Origin: Candidatus Gottesmanbacteria bacterium
Lineage (GTDB): Bacteria > Patescibacteriota > Microgenomatia > UBA10105 > UBA927
Direction: 5' to 3'
DNA length: 64,000 bases
Assembly (NCBI GenBank): GCA_023245335.1
Contig: JAHFKK010000001.1
Coordinates: forward strand, 491,282-555,281
The position numbers and the translations under genes are program-made. Shown in pieces: positions 1 to 7,880 of the stretch; within the stretch, counting starts at the first letter, position 1; each line of letters starts with the position of its first letter. The notes below the pieces were generated by a model that did not search any database, was not told where the DNA came from, and saw only the letters and a list, made by a program, of their open reading frames with translations.

Positions 1-390
1 GGAGTAGAGGTGGATACGCTTTTTGTGACGGCGTTTTTGACGACCATGAGCTTTTCGGTGCACGATACGATCGTGGTGTTTGACCGTATACGCGAATATC
101 TCAAGCGCGACCGGTCACGGCCATTTGAGGAACTTTGTGATCTCGCTCTTACTGAAACCATCAACCGGTCCATGACGAATTCATTTACTATTATTTTCAT
201 GCTGACGGCACTCGCCCTTATGGGAGGGGATACCACAAAATGGTTTATCATCGCGCTTCTTATCGGAACGGTTTCCGGTACCTATTCCTCGCCGTTTATA
301 GCAACCCCGGTACTTCTCCTTTGGGACCGCTGGGAACGGTCGCCTCGTCGGCGACCCGCCGAAGTGGCGGGCGGAAAAAGGTCAATTTAA
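1..390 (+). CDS. secF: Protein translocase subunit SecF (C-terminal part; gene starts upstream of the window)
   Basis: Frame open from base 1; SecF motifs FSVHDTIVVFDRIRE, ETINRSMTNS, GTYSSPFIATP. Confidence 0.93.
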   Translation, partial: GVEVDTLFVTAFLTTMSFSVHDTIVVFDRIREYLKRDRSRPFEELCDLALTETINRSMTNSFTIIFMLTALALMGGDTTKWFIIALLIGTVSGTYSSPFIATPVLLLWDRWERSPRRRPAEVAGGKRSI

Positions 391-1743
391 TGTGGGCCGT
401 AATTCTTGTAGTCTTTTCAGTAATGCTTCGCGTTCGTTGGGAATGGCGCCGGCTTCCACTTGGGCAAACAACGCATCTAATACTGTACCGATGATGGGAC
501 CCGGTGCGACGTCGTAGATTTTCATGACATCGTAGCCGTTTACGACAAGGTCAGAAACGGTGAAGGGTTGTTGTTGGACTTCCAGAAGCCGTTTTTTGTA
601 GAGTTCGAGTCTCCAGGATGTCTCGCTTGCGCCTCCGCCGAGACGGTCACCGATCCGAAGCGCCAGGATGTGTTCGAGGTTTTCCTTACCGACCCGTCGT
701 ATGAAGCGTCGGAGTGCCGCATCGGTTTGCCGTTCATCGACGCTGAATTGGTGCCAGCGAACGAGCGTCGTGAGAAGTTCCGTCTGTTTGTTGGAAAGCC
801 GCAGGCGTTTGGCTACATCGCGGGCAATTTTGGTGCTCACGACTTCGTGATTATAAAACGTTATGACCCCGTCCGGGAGTTCGCGGTAGGTCTTGGGTTT
901 TCCCAGATCGTGGACGAGGGTCGCGAGCCTCACGATAGGATCATTTGAAGGACAGTTTTTGAGCGCAAGCACGGAATGCGTTCCGACATCGTAGACGTGA
1001 TGGCGTTTTGGACTTTTTTGCGGCGTGGCAAACGATACTTCGAGTTCCGGCAGGATGAAATGCAGAAGCCCCAGATTTTTAAGAACGAGGATCGCATCGG
1101 CTGCGTGTTCGGCAGATACTATTTTCAGGAATTCGTCCCGTATCCGTTCCGCAGAGATTTCCGTGAGGAGTTTCGCATGAGCGGTAATTGCCAGAGCTGT
1201 TTTTTCTTCGATCGCAAATCCGAATGTTGCTGCAAACCGTACCGCGCGTAGGAGCCGAAGCGCATCCTCCTCAAACCGAAGGGATGAATCTCCCACAGTG
1301 CGGATGAGCTTGGCTTTGAGGTCGTCCTGTCCGTGGTACGGATCGGTAAGCGTCTTACCGTCGAATGCGATCGCGTTTATGGTGAAATCCCGGCGGGACA
1401 GATCTTCCGCGAGCGACTTTCCCCATGCGATGGTATCCGGGTGCCGGTGATCTTTATACCCTTCTTCGCTCCTATATGTGGTAATTTCATAGATATCTTC
1501 TAGTTCCTCTGCGGTTTTGGATTTACGTATTTTTACTCCGACGGTACCGAATTGATTGTCGTAGAAGCTGTCCGGAAAAAGCTTAAGGATTTCTTCCGGC
1601 GTTGCATTTGTGGTGAAGTCCCATCCCTTGGTCTCTTTACCCACGAGGAGATCTCGTACCGACCCGCCGACGGCATAGGCCTCAAACCCTGCTTTTTTGA
1701 GGGTATCGATGATGCGTTGTGCGTTTTTCGGAAGCGTAATCAT
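382..1743 (-). CDS. cca: CCA-adding enzyme / poly(A) polymerase family nucleotidyltransferase with HD domain
   Basis: AVGGSVRD, DLSRRDFTINA, EDALRLLRAVRF, HDLGKP HD motif. Confidence 0.9.
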   Translation of the reverse strand: MITLPKNAQRIIDTLKKAGFEAYAVGGSVRDLLVGKETKGWDFTTNATPEEILKLFPDSFYDNQFGTVGVKIRKSKTAEELEDIYEITTYRSEEGYKDHRHPDTIAWGKSLAEDLSRRDFTINAIAFDGKTLTDPYHGQDDLKAKLIRTVGDSSLRFEEDALRLLRAVRFAATFGFAIEEKTALAITAHAKLLTEISAERIRDEFLKIVSAEHAADAILVLKNLGLLHFILPELEVSFATPQKSPKRHHVYDVGTHSVLALKNCPSNDPIVRLATLVHDLGKPKTYRELPDGVITFYNHEVVSTKIARDVAKRLRLSNKQTELLTTLVRWHQFSVDERQTDAALRRFIRRVGKENLEHILALRIGDRLGGGASETSWRLELYKKRLLEVQQQPFTVSDLVVNGYDVMKIYDVAPGPIIGTVLDALFAQVEAGAIPNEREALLKRLQELRPTLN

Positions 1744-1767
1744 AGCCGTATGATATCATATGAAGCG

Positions 1768-3438
1768 ATGAAGAAATGGCTGATAGCAAACAAAGCCGGT
1801 GATACCGCGGATAAAGATCTGGAAGAGCATCTTCTCGCAGAGCTTCTTAAGGGTAAAGGACTGGACACCAAAAAGGCGGTTGAAGAATTTCTTCATCCGA
1901 TAAAGGCTATGGAGTTGAGTGCGTCTGACGTCGGAATAGACCCCTCGGAGCTTCGTGAAGCTCTTGCACGGATCACAAAAGCTGTTAAAGAGAAAGAATC
2001 TATCGTCGTATATGCCGATTATGACGCTGACGGCATAACCGCAGGGGCAGTGATGTGGGAAACACTTTGGAAGTTGGGGGCGAGAGTGATGCCGTATATC
2101 CCGCATCGGGTAGACGAGGGCTACGGGCTTTCAACGAAAGGAATTGATGCTGTGCGCGAGCAGTATGACCCCACGCTTATCATCACGGTTGATCACGGCA
2201 TCACGGCGCATGAAAAGGTAGCCTATGCCAAAAAGTTGGGGATAGACGTCATCATTACCGACCATCACGTCAAACCGAAGAAGCTGCCTGATTGTACGAT
2301 CGTCCACACGACGAACCTTGCAGGGAGCGGTGTGTCATGGTTTGTCGCCAAAGAATTGGCAAGGGAAAGCACAGAGCATAGAATTGAGGACGGCGTCGAG
2401 GATTTATTGGCGCTTGCGGCTCTCGGTACCATCGCGGATTTAGTTCCGCTTATCGGTCCTAACAGGTCTATTGCCAAGTACGGACTCGAGGTTATGCGCA
2501 GGACCCGTCGCGTGGGTTTAAACGCACTTATGACGGACGCAGGAGTCACCAAAGAGGGCATCGAGACATATATGATATCTCATATGCTGGCCCCGAGGTT
2601 AAACGCCATGGGGCGGCTTGAGCATGCGCTTGATGCGTTACGGCTCCTCTGTACGAGTGACGGCACGAAAGCTACCCTCCTTGCTCAAAAGTTGGGGCTC
2701 ACGAACAAGGAACGGCAGCAGCTGACGGAGGATACCGTGGTGCATGCGCATACGATACTTCCCGATAAATCGAAGAAGCTTATATTTATCGCTCACGAAA
2801 GCTACAACCAGGGAATAATCGGGCTGGTCGCCGGGAAACTTGCAGAAGAATACTATCGTCCCGCGATCGTGGTATCTATAGGAGACGGGTTTTCCAAAGC
2901 TTCGGCGAGATCTATCCCGGGATTTAATATCATTGATGCGATCCGCACATTCAGCGATCTTCTGGTAGATGCGGGCGGGCACCCCATGGCGGCGGGATTT
3001 ACCGTCGAGACCAAGAATCTCGGTAAGCTTCAGAAGAAACTGGAAGCTCTCGCGGAGAAAGAACTGGATGAGGAGAAGCTGACGCGCGTACTGAAAGTCG
3101 ATATGGAAATTCCGCTCACGGCGGTAAAAGAGACATTGTGGAAAAAAATACAGCAATTTGCACCTTTCGGGATGGGTAATTTCGAGCCGGTATTTGCAAG
3201 CCGGGGAGTGACCGTATCGGATGTTCGTCTGATCGGCGCTACCAGAAAACATCTCAAGCTCAAAATTCTCGCGCCTGATTTATCTGCACCGCTGGACGCC
3301 ATAGGATTCAGCATGGCCGGCGTCTACGGCAAACTCAAGCCCGATAAGCCAGTCGATATAGCCTACACGATAGACATGAATGAGTGGAACGGTAGACGAC
3401 AACTGCAGCTCAAGTTAAAAGATATCCTCGTACCATAA
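1768..3438 (+). CDS. recJ: Single-stranded-DNA-specific exonuclease RecJ
   Basis: DYDADG, TVDHG, TDHH, GGHPMAAG, PFGMGN motifs; start placed at ATG 1768 to avoid overlap with cca. Confidence 0.95.
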   Translation: MKKWLIANKAGDTADKDLEEHLLAELLKGKGLDTKKAVEEFLHPIKAMELSASDVGIDPSELREALARITKAVKEKESIVVYADYDADGITAGAVMWETLWKLGARVMPYIPHRVDEGYGLSTKGIDAVREQYDPTLIITVDHGITAHEKVAYAKKLGIDVIITDHHVKPKKLPDCTIVHTTNLAGSGVSWFVAKELARESTEHRIEDGVEDLLALAALGTIADLVPLIGPNRSIAKYGLEVMRRTRRVGLNALMTDAGVTKEGIETYMISHMLAPRLNAMGRLEHALDALRLLCTSDGTKATLLAQKLGLTNKERQQLTEDTVVHAHTILPDKSKKLIFIAHESYNQGIIGLVAGKLAEEYYRPAIVVSIGDGFSKASARSIPGFNIIDAIRTFSDLLVDAGGHPMAAGFTVETKNLGKLQKKLEALAEKELDEEKLTRVLKVDMEIPLTAVKETLWKKIQQFAPFGMGNFEPVFASRGVTVSDVRLIGATRKHLKLKILAPDLSAPLDAIGFSMAGVYGKLKPDKPVDIAYTIDMNEWNGRRQLQLKLKDILVP

Positions 3439-3487
3439 AAATCCCCGCGTTCTTTGCGGCGCATATGCCGGTGAACACGGGGATTTA
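3437..3487 (+). terminator. Hairpin directly after recJ stop (probable intrinsic terminator)
   Basis: aaatccccg-c-gttc ... gaac-a-cggggattt inverted repeat. Confidence 0.6.
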
Positions 3488-3684
3488 TGAATTAATACAC
3501 ATAGAATTCCCTCCATCCACCAAATGCTCACGAATGAAAACTATTCTTCATTCGCAGGAAAAGGGTGGATGGAAAGATTAAAAATCGGAAATAGTAGTAA
3601 TGAATATAAAAGTAACTCGCAAGTGAGTTAATCTAGTTTCCACTAAGCTCTAAGTCGATAAAATGATTCAAGGAAAAGACCTTG

Positions 3685-3730
3685 AAAAAAAGGGGGGACC
3701 CAGCAAGATTGCTGGAGCTGGGTCCTCACC
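3685..3730 (-). terminator. Intrinsic terminator for the 71-aa small ORF
   Basis: Minus strand ggacccagc-loop-gctgggtcc followed by C run and T7. Confidence 0.75.
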
Positions 3731-3746
3731 CTCATGACGTTCCCGC

Positions 3747-3962
3747 CTATCTTTGCTGATTAGTTGTTGTCTGTCTCTCCTGAAGACACCTCCAGCATGT
3801 TTGCCCTTGGCGTAAAGTCACGTCAGGATGCTTTTGGCAATGCTTGCTTAATTGTCCCGTGTGGGTGATAACACGTGCCATTTTTGGTCTTGCGATAATC
3901 GAACGAACATGGTGATGATTGTGAGTCGATTCTTGTCGGTGTTGACTGTTACTTGTACACAT
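3747..3962 (-). CDS. Small His/Cys-rich hypothetical protein (71 aa)
   Basis: GAGGAG RBS 8 nt upstream of ATG; terminator downstream; THNHHH and C-x2-H-x10-C-x2-C motifs. Confidence 0.55.
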   Translation of the reverse strand: MCTSNSQHRQESTHNHHHVRSIIARPKMARVITHTGQLSKHCQKHPDVTLRQGQTCWRCLQERQTTTNQQR

Positions 3963-4080
3963 CAGGTTTGCTCCTCATTTGATTTGTCTTGCTCGGATTT
4001 GGGTTTTACTTCGTACTGCGGTGTTCGTTTGGTTATTGGGTCATAAAGATTGTATCTCCTTCTTAATTTAATTTTTGAAC

Positions 4081-4116
4081 AAAAAGAAAGACAGAAGGAT
4101 AGGAATTTCTGTCTTT
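4081..4116 (-). terminator. Intrinsic terminator downstream of the 88-aa ORF
   Basis: aaagacagaa (4087-4096) / ttctgtcttt (4107-4116) 10-bp stem with minus-strand CTTTTT tail. Confidence 0.6.
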
Positions 4117-4198
4117 ATCCTTGGTCAAAACTCTATTTGTAAAAGAGCAACAACGCCTTCTCACAGCTAGTTCTTAACAGTTCGCTAAAAAACAGCAC

Positions 4199-4465
4199 TT
4201 ATTTTTCGGGATCAGTGTCTGTAATCAGATGTTTCATGGCGTTAAATGTTTCTATTATTCTCTTGCCACGCTTAGCTTGGTTATGTGCCTTCCCTGATTC
4301 AAATGAGTGAGTCAGTCTTAATATGACACTGTCTGCGTCTCTACGAGGAACTCTGGCTGCACGATAACCTCGCCGTAGCCCTTCGAGTGCTAATTCGACA
4401 CCGTCCTTGTCCGCAACATTTCCATATAGCGCGGCTTCCTCAAATATTTTTTCTGCGTTTACCAT
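4199..4465 (-). CDS. Hypothetical protein (88 aa)
   Basis: ATG start, globular helical-looking composition, terminator-like hairpin downstream; no family recognised. Confidence 0.55.
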   Translation of the reverse strand: MVNAEKIFEEAALYGNVADKDGVELALEGLRRGYRAARVPRRDADSVILRLTHSFESGKAHNQAKRGKRIIETFNAMKHLITDTDPEK

Positions 4466-4628
4466 ATGATTTGTTTATAGAGTCAGTTAGTGTGACTGAG
4501 CTCGGAAACAATACCGCGATTTTTTCATTGTTTTTTCCGCGGAATGTCGTTACTTCCCATAAACAGGGAGACTTAGTAAATAATGATTTGGTTTCTACAG
4601 ATTGATTTAGTTCCATACGTATTCCCAT
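4440..4628 (-). CDS. Possible small hypothetical protein (58-62 aa; MGIRMELNQ...)
   Basis: ATG right after the leader terminator; overlaps the next ORF by 26 nt; no clear RBS. Confidence 0.3.
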   Translation of the reverse strand: MGIRMELNQSVETKSLFTKSPCLWEVTTFRGKNNEKIAVLFPSSVTLTDSINKSYGKRRKNI

Positions 4629-4629
4629 T

Positions 4630-4768
4630 AAAAAACCCCGCTTGGTGCGGGGCTCTTTGTTGGTCTTACTGAAAAATTTCTTTATGCAGCAGTCTCCACA
4701 AGAGCCCCTTCCGCCTTTCGGAGGGTAATAAGGGCCATAATGTGGACGTACTGGCTTTGCATAAGAAA
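4630..4768 (-). ncRNA. Unknown structured RNA (sRNA or attenuator/riboswitch-like leader)
   Basis: Starts ~6 nt after a consensus promoter; ~90-nt irregular hairpin capped by a GAAA tetraloop; then CCCCGC/GCGGGG-T6 terminator. Confidence 0.65.
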
Positions 4769-4773
4769 AATAT

Positions 4774-4803
4774 ATTATATGGATCAAACTGGCATATTGT
4801 CAA
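4774..4803 (-). promoter_or_regulatory. Consensus sigma70 promoter
   Basis: Minus strand TTGACA (4803-4798), 18-nt spacer, TATAAT (4779-4774). Confidence 0.85.
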
Positions 4804-4826
4804 GAGTTAAATCGGGAGATATACTT

Positions 4827-4990
4827 GCGGTGACGAAAGAATACAGCGCAGATGGCCTGACAAGCCGGAGCTTCCTGGTGTCGTAACCGGGACGGGAGAG
4901 CCCGTAACCACTCAGAATGAGAAGTAAGTAAGGTGGCACCACCCCCGATCAACATCGTGGGTCCTTATATCAGGGAACGGTGCCTTTTTT
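4827..4990 (+). promoter_or_regulatory. T-box riboswitch (Asp specifier GAC) upstream of aspS
   Basis: GCGGTGA...GGAGC K-turn-like stem I base; GAC at 4859-4861; CCCGTAAC stem IIA/B-like box; TAAGG-TGGCACC T-box pairing with CCTTA (4963-4967); terminator GGCACC/GGTGCC + T6. Confidence 0.88.
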
Positions 4991-5023
4991 GATGGTGAAA
5001 TCATGATAAGATGGAGGTAATCT

Positions 5024-6907
5024 ATGCGAACACTCACAACTGATACGGTTAGTAAGATCGGTGAAGAAGTGACACTCCAGGGCTGGGTGCTGGCACGGCG
5101 CGATCACGGCAAGATCATGTTCCTGGATTTACGTGACCGCAAAGGCATCGTACAGCTGGTCGGCAACAAAGCCCTAGGAGATGCGCGGGCGGAAGATGTC
5201 GTTGAGGTCGCGGGACTCGTCAAAAAGCGGCCGGAGGCAATGGTAAACGAAAAAATCGCAACCGGCACTGTTGAAGTCGAGATACAAAAGCTTACCGTCA
5301 TTTCCAAAGCCCACGACCTCCCGTTTCCTATAGATACCAACGGCTACGAAGTGAACGAGGAGATACGGAGTAAATACCGGTATCTCGACTTACGGCGTCC
5401 CCGCATGGCGAGAAATATCAGATTACGGTCAAAAATGGTCGCATTCATCCGGAATTTTCTTCTTACCCAGGACTTCGTCGAGATAGAAACGCCGATGCTC
5501 ACCAAAACCACTCCGGAGGGAGCGCGGGATTTTTTGGTGCCCTCCCGGCTTCAGCCCGGCAAGTTTTATGCGCTGCCGCAGTCGCCGCAGCAATATAAGC
5601 AGCTTCTTATGGTTGCGGGTATGGAGCGGTATTTCCAGATTGCCCGGTGTTTCCGCGATGAAGATCCGCGACGGGATCGCGCCTACGGTGAGTTTACCCA
5701 GTTGGATTTGGAGATGTCGTTTATCACCCAAAATGATATTTTAGAGCTCATCGAGGGCATGTTTACCCGATTGGTAAAGGAATTGTTCCCCGACAAGCAC
5801 ATTTTGAAATCTCCGTGGCCGAGACTTGCCCACAAAGATGTCATGAAAAAGTACGGTACGGACAAACCGGATCTTCGGGAGCACAAGGATGATCCTGACG
5901 AGCTTGCATTTTCCTGGACCGTCGATTTTCCGCTTTTTACGGAACAATCGGAAGCGGATTTCTTTTACGGATCCGGCAAGGCGAAATTTGCGCCCAGCCA
6001 CCATATGTTTACGGCGCCGCATCCGGATGACATCCCGCTTCTCGATACGGATCCGATGAAGGTGCGCGGGCTTCAGCACGATCTTGTCCTCAACGGATTT
6101 GAAGTAGGAGGGGGGAGTATCCGTATCCATCAACCGGAGGTGCAGACAAAGGTGTTTGACCTCATCGGGTTTACCCAGGAACAAAAGCAGGAGTTCGCGC
6201 ACATGCTGACCGCATTTTCCTACGGCGTGCCGCCCCATGGTGGGATTGCGCCCGGCATAGACCGGTTTCTCATGGCGCTTCTCGGGGAGCCGAGCGTACG
6301 GGAAGTCATGGCGTTTCCGACGTCCGCATCAGGAACCACAAGCGTCATGGATGCACCGAGTACTGCCGCCCCGGAACAGCTTTCCGAACTCGGGATAAGC
6401 GTGAAAGGGCCGATCTTGGGCAAATCAGGCGGGGAAGGTGTATACGCGAGGATTATCGAAGACTTGAAGTCTGCAGGAGTCGCGTACGAGCCATACGAGC
6501 ATGAAGCGGTCCGGACTTCGGAAGAAGCCGCCCGGATACGAAATACGCCCCTCCGCGAAGGCGCGAAAGCGCTGGTTTTATACGCGGATGACAAGCCGGT
6601 CATGGCGGTCGTTCCGGGTGACCGGAAACTGGATACTAAACTGTTTAAAGCGACATACCAGGTGAATGATCTCCGGATGGCGACACCGGAGGAAGTGGAA
6701 AAAGTAACCAATGTGCAAATCGGTGCGGTACCGCCTTTTGGTCACATATTCGGCATACCGATTTATGTGGATGCGGCGATCCGTGAAAATTCCAGCGTTT
6801 CATATAATGCCGGGATGCATACGCGTTCCGTGCGTATGGCGGAAAAGGATTATGAGAAGGTAGCCAAACCCATTGTCGGAGCATTTTCCAAACTTACCAA
6901 TGCCTAA
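5024..6907 (+). CDS. aspS: Aspartate--tRNA ligase lacking the GAD insertion, fused to a C-terminal YbaK/ProX (YeaK-like) domain
   Basis: RRDHG, YRYLDLRR, PEGARDF, LPQSPQ, FRDED, PPHGGIAPGIDR; C-terminal GAKALV...GAVPPFG...YNAG. Confidence 0.95.
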   Translation: MRTLTTDTVSKIGEEVTLQGWVLARRDHGKIMFLDLRDRKGIVQLVGNKALGDARAEDVVEVAGLVKKRPEAMVNEKIATGTVEVEIQKLTVISKAHDLPFPIDTNGYEVNEEIRSKYRYLDLRRPRMARNIRLRSKMVAFIRNFLLTQDFVEIETPMLTKTTPEGARDFLVPSRLQPGKFYALPQSPQQYKQLLMVAGMERYFQIARCFRDEDPRRDRAYGEFTQLDLEMSFITQNDILELIEGMFTRLVKELFPDKHILKSPWPRLAHKDVMKKYGTDKPDLREHKDDPDELAFSWTVDFPLFTEQSEADFFYGSGKAKFAPSHHMFTAPHPDDIPLLDTDPMKVRGLQHDLVLNGFEVGGGSIRIHQPEVQTKVFDLIGFTQEQKQEFAHMLTAFSYGVPPHGGIAPGIDRFLMALLGEPSVREVMAFPTSASGTTSVMDAPSTAAPEQLSELGISVKGPILGKSGGEGVYARIIEDLKSAGVAYEPYEHEAVRTSEEAARIRNTPLREGAKALVLYADDKPVMAVVPGDRKLDTKLFKATYQVNDLRMATPEEVEKVTNVQIGAVPPFGHIFGIPIYVDAAIRENSSVSYNAGMHTRSVRMAEKDYEKVAKPIVGAFSKLTNA

Positions 6908-7880
6908 TTCAGAATCGCCTCATCCAAAGAAGCACGCGATGCTTTCGTTTGTTCTGCGCCAGTGGGACAAACTGCTTTTTTTGGTGCTGCTTGCCCTATT
7001 TTTTGTGCTCATGCCGATTCAATCCGGGCGGGTTTTTCAATTTGCCGTGCCCGGTAAACCGCTTCTGCAGCTTGTACCGTTTACCACGCCGACTCCCGCA
7101 CCATACCCGGTGAACCGGACCAAAGTTTACCCCGGGAGTGAAGTGACGGCAGAGGGAGTCGTCATCTACGATGTGACGAGCGCGACGACTATGTATGCGC
7201 GAAACGGTGAAGAGTCATTGTCACCAGCATCTACGACCAAGATCATGACCGCGCTTGTCGCGCTCGATTCATATAGTCTTGATGATGTCGTTTCTGTAGG
7301 AACCGTCGCAAATGACGGGCAGGTGATGGGACTTATCCCGGGAGAGCAAATGACGGTCGAAAATCTTCTGTACGGAGCATTGGTATTTTCCGGTAATGAT
7401 GCAGCGTGGGCGCTTGCGGAACACTACCCCGGGGGCGTCGACGCCTTTGTACAGGCGATGAATGCGAAAGCCGCGAAATTACATCTTACCCACACGCATT
7501 TTACCAATCCGGTCGGGTATGATGACCGGAATCACAAGATGACGGCCACGGACCTCACGCGTCTTGCGGCATTCGCCCTGACGAATAAAACCATTGCAAA
7601 AATCGTTGCCATCCCGCAAATAACCGTTTCGGATATCACCTATACGCATTTCCATGCGCTCACAAACGTCAATCAGCTTTTGGGTAAAATTCCGGGAGTC
7701 GCCGGCATTAAAACAGGTTGGACCGAAGAAGCAGGGGAAAATCTCGTCACCCTTATAGACCGGAACGGTCACCGGGTCATCATTGTCGTACTCAAAAGTC
7801 AGAACCGGTTTACCGATACACAGATACTCATTAATTGGGTATTTGGAAATTATGATTGGCAGACATTTGGTCCATCCTAA
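6900..7880 (+). CDS. D-alanyl-D-alanine carboxypeptidase (peptidase S11, PBP5-like)
   Basis: N-terminal TM; SxxK (ASTTK), SGN, KTG motifs. Confidence 0.92.
   Translation: MPNSESPHPKKHAMLSFVLRQWDKLLFLVLLALFFVLMPIQSGRVFQFAVPGKPLLQLVPFTTPTPAPYPVNRTKVYPGSEVTAEGVVIYDVTSATTMYARNGEESLSPASTTKIMTALVALDSYSLDDVVSVGTVANDGQVMGLIPGEQMTVENLLYGALVFSGNDAAWALAEHYPGGVDAFVQAMNAKAAKLHLTHTHFTNPVGYDDRNHKMTATDLTRLAAFALTNKTIAKIVAIPQITVSDITYTHFHALTNVNQLLGKIPGVAGIKTGWTEEAGENLVTLIDRNGHRVIIVVLKSQNRFTDTQILINWVFGNYDWQTFGPS

Noticed and set aside
1552-1767. N-terminal extension of the recJ ORF in the ORF track
   Set aside because: Overlaps cca on the opposite strand; ATG 1768 gives a normal RecJ N-terminus
4630-4768. Identification as SRP (4.5S) or 6S RNA
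   Set aside because: Lacks the SRP helix-8 CAGG/AGCA symmetric loop; too short and without the large central bubble of 6S
4629-4787. 5' half of the 115-aa ORF (4440..4787, -)
   Set aside because: Its TTG start lies inside the promoter spacer and it runs through a structured RNA and terminator; better explained as non-coding
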